A DNA stretch of 64,000 nt, taken from positions 64,001 through 128,000 of the forward strand of contig JAEOTA010000004.1 of assembly GCA_016840085.1 (NCBI GenBank), in the 5' to 3' direction. The position numbers and the translations under genes are program-made. Shown here one piece after another: positions 1 to 9,223 of this stretch (position 1 is the first letter of the stretch; every line of letters starts with the position of its first letter). Below the pieces are notes generated by a model. The model ran no database searches, was not told the origin of the DNA, and was given only the letters and a program-made list of their open reading frames with translations. This DNA comes from Promethearchaeota archaeon (lineage in GTDB: Archaea; Asgardarchaeota; Lokiarchaeia; Sigyniarchaeales; SOKP01).

Positions 1-73
1 GTAACAGATTTTCAGTATGTATTTTTCCGATTCTACCTGCTCCAATTACTCCAACGGTAAATTTTTTTACCAT
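1..73 (-). CDS. iolG: 5' end (partial) of Gfo/Idh/MocA oxidoreductase, probably inositol 2-dehydrogenase
   Basis: Reverse strand from ATG at 73 reads MVKKFTVGVIGAGRIGKIHTENLL to the window edge. It has the GxGxxG Rossmann motif and the GAGRIGKxH start typical of IolG, next to iolM/N/O. Not in the ORF track. Confidence 0.75.
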   Translation of the reverse strand, partial: MVKKFTVGVIGAGRIGKIHTENLL

Positions 74-234
74 AATATATCACTTAAAAACCTTGAATAA
101 TTTGATTTCAGATTATTAGAGGAGATTACTAAACCTCAAATTTCTGATCAAAAATAATAGATTTATATTTATTTAAGTCTAAATTGATTTAATTAATTAA
201 AAATTTACTATCAAATAATAAAAGTGTTAGCGTA

Positions 235-1668
235 ATGACTGAAAAACCGTCTTTGGAAGAATCTCAAAAAATCTCACTAAAAAAGAAAATTGCTTTTGCA
301 TTTGGAGAAGTAGGAGATAATACCGCAATGCAAACATTTTCATTTCTGATTTTTACATTCTATTTTGCAATTGTAGGGTTACCCGTATTATGGATTGCTG
401 CTGGTTTTATCCTATGGAGTGTGTGGAATAGTATAAATGATCCATTAATAGGATATCTATCTGATCGAACTAAAAGTAGGTGGGGGCGACGAATACCCTG
501 GATGGTAGGCGCCACTATACCATTAGCAATTGTAATGATATTACTTTTTACACCTCCAATTGATCTTGACTCATCCTCAATTAACTTCATATATTTCTTT
601 GTAATCCTCGTACTATTCGACACTACTTACACCGCATTTAATCTTAATTATAATGCTATTTTTTCAGAAATGTATGTCTCAATGAAAGCTCGTAGCTCTG
701 TAGGAAAAATAAGGATAAGTTTTGTAATGCTTGCATTAATTTTTGCGTTTCTTCTTCCTACACTTATTATTAATAATATTCTAGGTGTTATACCAGATAC
801 AGATCCCCCCATATCAGATCCAAATACGCTAGGACAATATCAATTAACCGGAATTATAGCAGCAGTTATTATTGTTGTATCATATTTCATTATCTTGAAA
901 TGGGGAGTAAAAGAACCAAAGCATATTTCAAAAGACGCTGAAACTGCTATGTCCTTTACTAATACAATCAAATACACCTTTAAGAATAAATCATTTCAAT
1001 GGTTTTTGATACCTGCATTAGGTACATGGATTGTTATTAATATTTTACCAACCTTAGCACCTCTTTTTATGACTCATGCCCTTGAAATTGAAGATACAGA
1101 ATTAATTGGCCTTCTACTTGCGTTACAATTCATTGTAGCGGCACTCTCTACGCCACTGTGGGAAAAAATCCGAATTATGAAAGGAGCTCGTGCTGCAGGA
1201 TTAATAGGAATACTAGTATGGATATTTCCTATTATAATTTTTGCTTTTTCGAGCAGTATTGAAATGGCTTTTATTGTGCAAATATTTAATGGTATCGGAT
1301 TAGGAGGTGGGCTGTATTTTTATGATCAATGCATCGCGGAAATTATTGATGAGGATGAAATTACACACGGTACACGACGATCTGGTATATATTACGCAGT
1401 TCTTAATTTTCTAATTAGGATCTCAGCGATTATCAATTTCTTCATAATTGCTATTGTGTTTACTACAACAGATTGGTATACTTACTCACCAAATCCTGAC
1501 GTAAATACAATTTTAGGGCTCCAAATTTTAATGGGTGTTTATCCTGCTATTGTTCTAGTAATTTCATGGATCGGAATGTATTTCTACCCTATTAAAGGAG
1601 AAAAATTAATAGAAAATAGAAAGAAATTGACAGAATTACATGAAAAAAAGCAAAAAATGCATAAATGA
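235..1668 (+). CDS. MFS transporter, GPH/MelB (glycoside-pentoside-hexuronide) family; candidate inositol-related transporter
   Basis: About 12 TM segments; NDPLIGYLSDRTKSRWGRRIPW and IIDEDE..G.RRSGIY motifs. Confidence 0.85.
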   Translation: MTEKPSLEESQKISLKKKIAFAFGEVGDNTAMQTFSFLIFTFYFAIVGLPVLWIAAGFILWSVWNSINDPLIGYLSDRTKSRWGRRIPWMVGATIPLAIVMILLFTPPIDLDSSSINFIYFFVILVLFDTTYTAFNLNYNAIFSEMYVSMKARSSVGKIRISFVMLALIFAFLLPTLIINNILGVIPDTDPPISDPNTLGQYQLTGIIAAVIIVVSYFIILKWGVKEPKHISKDAETAMSFTNTIKYTFKNKSFQWFLIPALGTWIVINILPTLAPLFMTHALEIEDTELIGLLLALQFIVAALSTPLWEKIRIMKGARAAGLIGILVWIFPIIIFAFSSSIEMAFIVQIFNGIGLGGGLYFYDQCIAEIIDEDEITHGTRRSGIYYAVLNFLIRISAIINFFIIAIVFTTTDWYTYSPNPDVNTILGLQILMGVYPAIVLVISWIGMYFYPIKGEKLIENRKKLTELHEKKQKMHK

Positions 1669-1784
1669 AATTAATTAATCACTTTTTTTTCTAATTTACA
1701 GAATTCATTAGATTTTCAATATTTAGTAAAACTTTATTTTCAAAATAGACTATTTTATTTAGATAAATATAAGGGTACAATCAT

Positions 1785-2963
1785 ATGAAAGCTGTAGAAT
1801 TATCTGCAAAATGGGATCCAAAACCAGATTTTAAACTTGGATCCAAAGATATAGAAGGAAAATTAACTTATTTAGGTTCTCAAGTATGGCGTAATCCTGT
1901 CGTTAAGGTACGAGAAAAAGATAAACCTCAAATTAAACCAAATGAAGTATTGGTTAAAGTAAAAAGGTGCGGAATTTGTGGCTCAGATGTCCATATGGCT
2001 CAAACATATGAAGATGGTTACATTTATTACCCTGGTTTGACAGCTTTTCCTGTCACTCTTGGACATGAGTTTGCTGGGGAGATTATAGAAGTTGGAAAAA
2101 AAGCAATTAATAAGAGAACTGGAAAACTTTATAAAACAGGAGAACCAGTCACAGTAGAAGAGATGGTTTGGTGTGGCGAATGTAAACCTTGTTGTGATGG
2201 GTTTCCAAATCACTGTGAAAGATTACAAGAAATAGGATTTTCTATTGATGGTGCATACGCTGAATTTATTGCTGTTCCAGCAAAATTATGTTGGAGTTTG
2301 AAGAAGTTAGAACAGAAATATGAAGATGTTTTTAAAATTGGCAGTTTAGTAGAACCAACTTCAGTAGCATATAACGCAGTTATAGAAAGAGGTGGTGGAA
2401 TTCGACCTGGTGAAAATGTCATTATATTAGGTGGAGGACCCATTGGCTTAGCAGCAACGAAGATTTTAAAAACTGCAGGAGCTGCTGTATGTATCGTTTC
2501 AGAACCAGAGGAGACTAGAGCTTCAATAGCTAAAAAATTAGGTGCTGACTATGTAATTAATCCCATTAAGGAAGATTTTGTTGAAAAAGTAAAAGAATAT
2601 ACTGATAACGAAGGAGCTACTCTCTATCTTGAAGCAACTGGATTACCAGATATTGTAACAGATGATATACAAAATACAATATGGGAATGTAAAACTGTTA
2701 ATAGTACAGTAGTTATTGTAGCAAGAGCAGAACAAAGAATGCCCGTTTGTGGAGAATATTTCCAAGTTAGGAGAGCTCGCATCGTTGGTTCTCAAGGGCA
2801 TTCTGGCCATGGTAATTTTCCAAACGTCATTAGTTGTATGGCCGCTGGCATGGATCTTATTCCGATGATTACAAAAGAGATAAGTCTTGATGAAGTCCCT
2901 GAAAATTTGAAATTATTACTATCCGATCGAGAAAATTGTAAAATATCTTCAGTAATAGGTTAA
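1785..2963 (+). CDS. iolM: scyllo-inosose 3-dehydrogenase (Zn-dependent MDR alcohol dehydrogenase)
   Basis: CGICGSDVH, GHEF, CxxCxxC..C structural Zn site, GGGPIG. The N-terminus AKWDPKPDFKLGxKDIEGKLTYLGS and GSQGHSGHG match the Thermotoga IolM type as I recall it. Confidence 0.88.
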   Translation: MKAVELSAKWDPKPDFKLGSKDIEGKLTYLGSQVWRNPVVKVREKDKPQIKPNEVLVKVKRCGICGSDVHMAQTYEDGYIYYPGLTAFPVTLGHEFAGEIIEVGKKAINKRTGKLYKTGEPVTVEEMVWCGECKPCCDGFPNHCERLQEIGFSIDGAYAEFIAVPAKLCWSLKKLEQKYEDVFKIGSLVEPTSVAYNAVIERGGGIRPGENVIILGGGPIGLAATKILKTAGAAVCIVSEPEETRASIAKKLGADYVINPIKEDFVEKVKEYTDNEGATLYLEATGLPDIVTDDIQNTIWECKTVNSTVVIVARAEQRMPVCGEYFQVRRARIVGSQGHSGHGNFPNVISCMAAGMDLIPMITKEISLDEVPENLKLLLSDRENCKISSVIG

Positions 2964-2988
2964 AAATGTAGTCAATAAAAATATTATA

Positions 2989-3006
2989 TTTTTTTTTTAA
3001 TTTTTT
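2989..3006 (+). terminator. oligo-T tract after iolM, putative archaeal terminator
   Basis: tttttttttt-aa-tttttt about 25 nt after the iolM stop, between convergent genes. Confidence 0.4.
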
Positions 3007-3015
3007 AAATAAAAC

Positions 3016-4431
3016 TTAAATCCTAGATCTTTTTAAAGAATTTCTCTTATTAAAGGGAGGAACCGAATTAATACAATTTTTAAAAACTTCTTTCATTAAA
3101 TTTTCACCTAAAGAGAGCATGAATGCTAGACCTTTACTACCATCTTTTCTAATAGTTTCTTTTTGACGAATTTCATATTTGATATCAAATTTTCCTTTAA
3201 TATCCTCTAAGAATTTTTTGCTCCCACTTGTTATAAGAGTTTTTCCTTTCGACCCATCTCCGTCCCAATAACCAAGTAAAAACCCTAAATATATATTTAA
3301 GCTTGCTTTTAACTCTGGTAATCTTATATTAGAAGATTTGTTTTTCCCAACTATAAAACCAAGATTTTTCAAGTGTTGTACAAATTTTTTGCTTTTAAAT
3401 TGAATCCTAATAGTGTCTTTAAATTCGAAATGCTCATCATAATTAAAATTAGAATCAATTATAGATACAATTCTAAAATGCGTAATTTTGTTAATTTTAT
3501 GTATATCAAAACCAATATCCTTAGCAAACTTCAGTATGAGGTCTTGTGCATCATTGGACATTTCAATACCGAATATAACTTGATTAGAGTTTTTATCTAG
3601 AGTCATATATCCATCAGCGAAGATTAGTCCTAACCAATAACCTTTTAGTACAGAATTAATATTTTTAAAGTAATCCTCATTAAATTCTGATTGATGTCTT
3701 AAAATACCTTGGTTTGATTTTGGTAAGTCATTGAATTCACGATAACGGCTAAAAATATCTATTATAGTTGTTAAATCTAAATCCTGAAGCTTTCTTATTA
3801 AATTGTTTTCAAATTCTTGTAAAACATTTTCTGAAAACAGATAATGAGGATTATTATGAATATCGTATATACGGTCAGTTATATATGCGTTATATTTTCC
3901 AATTAGTCTACTCAGTGAATAATTTGTAATTTCAATTGATGCCTCTCTAAAAGTGATTATCTTTGTAATTTTTCGTTTTAGTTGCTCAATAAATTTCAAC
4001 TGTTTACGAGGTGTAGTAAGTGTATTAAATAAATCTAAGCTATTCTTATAACTATAAGTTTCAATGAGATAGAAAATATTTTGACTTAATATTCCAAATC
4101 TTTGTTCTAAAGTTTTTTTCCATTTTTTTATTATTTTTTTTGAAATTTGAAAACTAGGATCATTATTAATTTTTAATTTTATATTTTGTGTAATATATTG
4201 ATCAGAATATCCCAATATTCGACTTAATTCTTTATCAGTTAATTTAATAGACACCAAGGAGAGATGTACTATTCTTTCGATTTCGTGTTTTAAATCGTAT
4301 ATAAAATCTATCGTATTATAGCTAATATGTCTAATAGGCTTCTCAGAAAATTTACTGCTGCCAAAATATTTCCATTTAGAATGAAATACAAAAAAATCGG
4401 GATCTTCTTGATTGGCAATAATCTTTAACAT
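3016..4431 (-). CDS. free-standing double-motif LAGLIDADG homing-endonuclease-like protein with a duplicated N-terminal helical/HTH-like module
   Basis: Motif 1 GYWLGLIFADG and motif 2 GFLLGYWDGDG, preceded by FNEDYFKNINS. No intein or intron context. Confidence 0.85.
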   Translation of the reverse strand: MLKIIANQEDPDFFVFHSKWKYFGSSKFSEKPIRHISYNTIDFIYDLKHEIERIVHLSLVSIKLTDKELSRILGYSDQYITQNIKLKINNDPSFQISKKIIKKWKKTLEQRFGILSQNIFYLIETYSYKNSLDLFNTLTTPRKQLKFIEQLKRKITKIITFREASIEITNYSLSRLIGKYNAYITDRIYDIHNNPHYLFSENVLQEFENNLIRKLQDLDLTTIIDIFSRYREFNDLPKSNQGILRHQSEFNEDYFKNINSVLKGYWLGLIFADGYMTLDKNSNQVIFGIEMSNDAQDLILKFAKDIGFDIHKINKITHFRIVSIIDSNFNYDEHFEFKDTIRIQFKSKKFVQHLKNLGFIVGKNKSSNIRLPELKASLNIYLGFLLGYWDGDGSKGKTLITSGSKKFLEDIKGKFDIKYEIRQKETIRKDGSKGLAFMLSLGENLMKEVFKNCINSVPPFNKRNSLKRSRI

Positions 4432-4591
4432 TTTCTCTTAAAACTTTTTAAATTTTTTTCAATTATCTCTAAAACTATAGATTTTTAACCTAAAAAGCCG
4501 TGATTTAATTTTACAATCTCTCTCTTTTTATTAGATTCATTTTCGTGTATTATTAGTTATAATTTGCTTATGAATTTAAAAGAAAAGACTG

Positions 4592-4625
4592 TAAAATATT
4601 AGTAAAAAATAAAATATTAGTAAAA
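4592..4625. repeat. 16-bp direct repeat TAAAATATTAGTAAAA x2
   Basis: Copies at 4592-4607 and 4610-4625, upstream of the endonuclease gene near the element junction; AT-rich. Confidence 0.45.
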
Positions 4626-4664
4626 CGATCACAAATTTGCCCCTATAGTGATAAAAGAAATAAC

Positions 4665-4772
4665 ATGACCCCAATGATAACAAAAGAAATCTCACTTGAC
4701 AAAGTTCCCGAAAATCTTATACTTTTACAAATCGATAAGGAACAATGTAAAATTTCAATCAAACTTAGTTAA
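4665..4772 (+). pseudogene. orphan duplicate of the iolM 3' end (35 codons, MTPMITKEISLDKVPENLILLQIDKEQCKISIKLS*)
   Basis: 23/33 aa identical to the iolM C-terminus PMITKEISLDEVPENLKLLLSDRENCKISSVIG, same length and stop position. Confidence 0.9.
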
Positions 4773-4901
4773 AAAATTAAGAATAATAATCTTCTATTAA
4801 TTTTTAAAGATAAAGTAACTCTTAAGAATCATAACTTTTTTATATCATTTTCATCTATTTTTGTTATTCATAAATAATAAATTAGGAAGAGATCTGATAA
4901 T

Positions 4902-5495
4902 ATGAATGAAAATCATAATGAGGAAGAAGATATTGAATTAAATGAAGAAGTTGAAAGCGATAAACAAATTCTTGAAAATAAAAAAAAACAAGAAGAAATT
5001 GCTATAAAAAGAAGAGAGGTTTCTGATTTTAAAACTGAACATCCAGAATCTCTCGAAATTAGCGAAAGTGAACCTTTTTATAGAGCTCCATTAACTAATA
5101 TTATAGAAGGCGAAGATGTATATTATATTCTCGTTGAATTACCAGGATTAAATAAAAAAAATGTAAAAATTTCTTTACAAGAAGGAATCTTAGAACTAGT
5201 TGGAGAAAAAGCAATAAAAGAGAAAGAAAAAAAAGACGAGAAGAAGGAGAAAGATAAAAAAGAAAAAAAAGATGAAAAGAAAGAAAAAGACAAGAAAAAA
5301 GAAAAAATAAAGGAAATTAAAGGGGACTTTTTAAGGAGAGAATTTCGAGTAGCTAACTTCTATAGATGCTTTCAGTTACCTGAAGATGTATCCACTGAAG
5401 ATATTGATGCAAATTTTAAAAATGGTGTTCTACAATTAAAAATGATTAAAAAGACTGCTAAATTAAGAGAAAAGAAACTGATAGAAATCAAATAA
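4902..5495 (+). CDS. Hsp20/alpha-crystallin small heat-shock protein with Lys/Glu/Asp low-complexity insert
   Basis: VELPGL..V.I....LEL.GE and F.R.FQLPEDV....I.A.FKNGVL motifs, C-terminal IEIK. Confidence 0.9.
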   Translation: MNENHNEEEDIELNEEVESDKQILENKKKQEEIAIKRREVSDFKTEHPESLEISESEPFYRAPLTNIIEGEDVYYILVELPGLNKKNVKISLQEGILELVGEKAIKEKEKKDEKKEKDKKEKKDEKKEKDKKKEKIKEIKGDFLRREFRVANFYRCFQLPEDVSTEDIDANFKNGVLQLKMIKKTAKLREKKLIEIK

Positions 5496-5542
5496 CTTCT
5501 ATTTTTTATCGCAATTTTATATTTTATTCATTTAGTTCATTT

Positions 5543-6355
5543 TTATAAAACTGACCTTAGATATTCAGACGATTCTTGGGCAACTTCTTCAAAAGAAGGT
5601 TTCATGATAGTTTCTAATGAGGCAAAACCATTATAGCCTGATCTTTTAAAAATATTTAGAAATGTTCTGAAATCGAAATGTCCTGTTCCTGGAGCCCTTC
5701 GTGTGCAATCTGCTAAATGCAGATGAGAAACATAATGAGTTATTTCTTCTAAGTAGTCCCAAATAAACCCAGGATCTTCTTCTAAATAAGTGTGATAAGT
5801 ATCAATTAATAGTTTTAAATTTTCATAGCCAATTTCTTCTATCAATTCTATTGATTCTGAGATTGTATTATAAGAATCAATTTCAAATCGGTTAATAGGT
5901 TCAAATAGTAATTCAACATTATAGTTTTCTGCTAATCTGCAACATTCTTTCAATGATGACTTGATGTTCATCTTCTCTTTTTTTTGATTACTCTCGAAAT
6001 CATATCGACCCCTAATTAAACCTATAATAACTTTCGATTTAACCTTAGTAGCAAATTCTATATATTTTTCTATTCTCTCAATAGCTTTTTTTCTTATAGT
6101 TTCACTAATATGCCCTAATGAACAACCAAATCGTATAAAGGTGTTTCCTGTTCCTAATGCGGGGATTTCCATTTCATAAGAATCTTGAATTTCTTCAATC
6201 CTTTTCGCGTTAATTTTTTCTGGTTCTAATAAACTTAATTCAATTCCTTTATAATTTAGCGGTTTTAAAAACTCACATAGGGAAGTAAACTTTTTTATTA
6301 CATCTTCTTGATTACGGTTGGATTCATCGAGAGCAGATACAATACTCAATCGCAT
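5543..6355 (-). CDS. iolO: 5-keto-L-gluconate epimerase (xylose-isomerase-like TIM barrel)
   Basis: EPINRFE, DTYH, HLHLAD..RRAPGTGHFDF, GLIRGR. Start moved to MRLSIV (6355), which fits the family N-terminus; iol cluster context. Confidence 0.75.
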   Translation of the reverse strand: MRLSIVSALDESNRNQEDVIKKFTSLCEFLKPLNYKGIELSLLEPEKINAKRIEEIQDSYEMEIPALGTGNTFIRFGCSLGHISETIRKKAIERIEKYIEFATKVKSKVIIGLIRGRYDFESNQKKEKMNIKSSLKECCRLAENYNVELLFEPINRFEIDSYNTISESIELIEEIGYENLKLLIDTYHTYLEEDPGFIWDYLEEITHYVSHLHLADCTRRAPGTGHFDFRTFLNIFKRSGYNGFASLETIMKPSFEEVAQESSEYLRSVL

Positions 6356-6449
6356 ATAATTCTTAATATCTAGGATTATTAAAAAGTTTAACATATATGA
6401 CTAACTTTTATAATTAATACAACTTAATTTTAGAGGTTAAAATGAAAAA

Positions 6450-7418
6450 ATGAGCAAATGGAATCTACCACCTAAAGATGTGGGACATATGGATAAACCA
6501 AATGGAATATACCTTCAAACAATGTCAATCCTTGAGATTAATGAACGTCTAAAAGAGAATGATGTGATTATAATACCAATAGGTTCTACAGAGAATCATG
6601 GATCAGCAGCATGTATAGGAGAAGATACTTTTTTAGTAACACGAATGGCAGAATTAATCGCTCAAAAAACAGGTTGCACTGTTGCGGAGCCAATTTGGTA
6701 TGGGAGTCATCCTTATCATCATGTTGGAATGCCAGGTTCTATAATTGTTCCCGAAAAAATCTTTAAAGGTATAGTAAGAGCAGTTATTGCCGGATTGTGG
6801 AATATGGGTTTCAGAAAGCAAATATTACTAAATGGACACGGACAAGAATATGTAATTCCCTCAGCAATTCATGAGTGGGCTAAGAACTACCAACTCCCGG
6901 CATTGCTATGTAATGTTAACTGGTACCATGCCATTCCAAATCATTGTATGGATAAAGAACATGGAGGGCCATTTGAAACACCTTTTATTCATGCGGATGA
7001 GGCAGAAACCTCATTTTCGATGGCATTATTTCCTGAAATGATAAAATTAGAAAAAGCATGTGACAATGAGCCTGTTGGATGGATGCCAGAAGGTCATGTT
7101 GATAAGGCAGGGAATATATATCAAAGACCAATCAAATGGTATGGTCAAGTAGGATTTGGTCCAATAGAGGTTGCTGCTTATCCAGAAGGAAATGTTGGAT
7201 GCCCAAGTAAGGCATCTTTAGAAAAAGGGTTACCAGGTATAGAAGCACTCTTAGATTATTTGGAAAAATTAGTTAATGACATACTAAAAACCTTCCCTCC
7301 TGGAAAATTACCACCAGTTGAAGGTATTACTCAACGAGATCCTAAAGAAGTTGAAAAGTATATCAAAGGAGCTCTTAAAGGTGGGAAGAGCATTTACGAA
7401 TTAAGATATCCACCTTAA
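6450..7418 (+). CDS. iolN: 3-dehydro-scyllo-inosose hydrolase (creatininase family)
   Basis: PIGSTENHG, GEDT, NGHGQ and HADEAETS creatininase motifs; clustered with iolM/iolO. Confidence 0.85.
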   Translation: MSKWNLPPKDVGHMDKPNGIYLQTMSILEINERLKENDVIIIPIGSTENHGSAACIGEDTFLVTRMAELIAQKTGCTVAEPIWYGSHPYHHVGMPGSIIVPEKIFKGIVRAVIAGLWNMGFRKQILLNGHGQEYVIPSAIHEWAKNYQLPALLCNVNWYHAIPNHCMDKEHGGPFETPFIHADEAETSFSMALFPEMIKLEKACDNEPVGWMPEGHVDKAGNIYQRPIKWYGQVGFGPIEVAAYPEGNVGCPSKASLEKGLPGIEALLDYLEKLVNDILKTFPPGKLPPVEGITQRDPKEVEKYIKGALKGGKSIYELRYPP

Positions 7419-7496
7419 ACTTTTATTTTTTGTTTTTTTATGAGAGTTTTAAGATTGAATAAAGCTTAATTTAAAATTGAAAAAAGAAAAAAAAAA

Positions 7497-7979
7497 TTAT
7501 ATTTTCGCACCACAATAGGTACAATATTGAGCAGACTCTTTACTTATTGGTGTTCCACAATTAAAACAATATTTTCCACGTTCTTCAGTATTTACAGGCT
7601 CTTCTGGGATAGTTAAATGTTTAATTTGTCCTGTTTTTGTCGAAAACTTTCCTACCAGCTGACCAGAAGCTTTTAAATCTAAAATAATGGCTTGAACATC
7701 CTTTTCTGTTATTCCTGTACTCATACTCACATCTTCTATTGAAGCTTCAGGATTTGTTTGGAACTCTTGCAACACAACATTCCGTAATTTACTCCTATTA
7801 GCTATTGCTACGATTTGACTGGATAAAATAGCAGCACCAATCCCTATTGCTATAAATCCCCACCATGACCACCTATCCCACGGTATAAAACTTGTTATAC
7901 CCCACCAGAAAAAAGCACCAGCTATTATAAAAGTACAAACTGAAACACTATCAGAATATTGATTTTTTTCATATTTCAT
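7497..7979 (-). CDS. membrane protein with two TM helices, a winged-helix/PCI-like domain and a C-terminal zinc ribbon
   Basis: Hydrophobic N-terminus, SIEDVS..TGIT..DV..II.DL HTH, CFNCG...CTYCG. Confidence 0.7.
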   Translation of the reverse strand: MKYEKNQYSDSVSVCTFIIAGAFFWWGITSFIPWDRWSWWGFIAIGIGAAILSSQIVAIANRSKLRNVVLQEFQTNPEASIEDVSMSTGITEKDVQAIILDLKASGQLVGKFSTKTGQIKHLTIPEEPVNTEERGKYCFNCGTPISKESAQYCTYCGAKI

Positions 7980-8105
7980 CTAAATTACCTCACTTAGAGT
8001 GATATTTAATTGGAATATTAAATCAATATTTAAATGTTTTTAAGAGTCCAATTTCTAATTTGTTAAAAAAAAATACAAGCAGTCAGTGGATGAATAAAAA
8101 ACCAT

Positions 8106-8462
8106 TCAATTTGTGATTATACACTTATTTATTACTCCAAAGACCGATGAGAAATCAATTTGATCTTCCATTAACACGACAATGATTTTTCCTAAAATTT
8201 TAACTGAGAGAATGTAGAAATTGTCTGTGTGTATTAATGTGAAATCAGGGTTATGAACTCCTATTTCTGCTGCTATTTCTTCAGCTAACTCATATAACTG
8301 CGACATATTTAAACCTATTGAAGTTTTATTGAACTCTTGACTAATATATGACTTAATTACAACGCCATTCTCAGAAGTAATTAAAATAAAATATAATCCA
8401 GATTGTCCGAATTCTTTTATTAATCTATCTATGACTAAGTTAACTTCTAAAGTCGCAGTCAT
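8106..8462 (-). CDS. roadblock/LC7-like domain protein
   Basis: ILITSENGVVIKS strand-turn pattern and ~120-aa roadblock topology; start placed at MTATLEV. Confidence 0.65.
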   Translation of the reverse strand: MTATLEVNLVIDRLIKEFGQSGLYFILITSENGVVIKSYISQEFNKTSIGLNMSQLYELAEEIAAEIGVHNPDFTLIHTDNFYILSVKILGKIIVVLMEDQIDFSSVFGVINKCIITN

Positions 8463-8580
8463 TATGTTATAATTAAACATCACTCTATTTAAGAATTTAT
8501 GGTAAAACCTTTTATCTTGGTTCAAAATCCTGGATTATCTAAATAATTATAATTTATAAAGTGTTAGCAAATAATGGAAA

Positions 8581-9045
8581 TCAATCAAAAGAAAAATACT
8601 GATCAATCACATTTTCAAAACTATGGAAAGGTGTTAAATCTCCCTTAAAATCTTTTACATACGATTCATAATATTTTTCTAAAAAATCGTTAAAAATAAT
8701 ATGGATATACTTATTTGTATCTTCTGTATAATTTTCTTTTTCGATAAAATAAGCAAAAATTACGCCATTTTTAGTATCGATATGCAGATCAACATTTTTT
8801 AGCTTTAATTCTATTTCTCTACTTCCAATAAAATCTTTCGAATAAATCATAATCGCTGATAAAAAACCAGCTATTTGAAAAATATTTTTAGTGATATTTG
8901 TTCTCTTCTTAGCTACTTTCGAGAAGAATAATAATCCTGTTTCATTTAATATTAAAATACCGACTAATTGACCTTTAACCCGAGGAATATCAACAACTCG
9001 ACTACAAATGCTATTAATTTCTGTATTAGTAGTATCTAATCCCAT
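8581..9045 (-). CDS. longin-like domain protein
   Basis: ILILNETGLLFFSK, QIAGFLSAI, F..KY....F.GDL.PF..FE..ID pattern typical of Asgard longin proteins. Confidence 0.65.
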   Translation of the reverse strand: MGLDTTNTEINSICSRVVDIPRVKGQLVGILILNETGLLFFSKVAKKRTNITKNIFQIAGFLSAIMIYSKDFIGSREIELKLKNVDLHIDTKNGVIFAYFIEKENYTEDTNKYIHIIFNDFLEKYYESYVKDFKGDLTPFHSFENVIDQYFSFD

Positions 9046-9223
9046 TTTAAAAATAATCTTTTTGTGTTAAAAATTCTAATTTGTGTTAATAAAATAATCG
9101 AAATACAAATATTTAAATATGTTTTTGATAATAATTGTTTCTTTTTGACAACAAACAACAATCTATATATGTTGATTGTTGATAATTGAATATGATAAAT
9201 TAATAAAAGGAAGAATTTTATAG

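Larger units (their letters stand above)
2862..4670. mobile_element. putative homing element: replacement iolM 3' tail plus LAGLIDADG gene
   Basis: Bounded by two homologous copies of the iolM C-terminal coding segment (2862-2963 and 4671-4772). Boundaries are approximate. Confidence 0.6.

Noticed and set aside
3016-4431. LAGLIDADG as part of an intein or an archaeal rRNA/tRNA intron
   Set aside because: It is antisense to iolM, has its own start and stop, lacks splicing motifs and is not inside an RNA gene.
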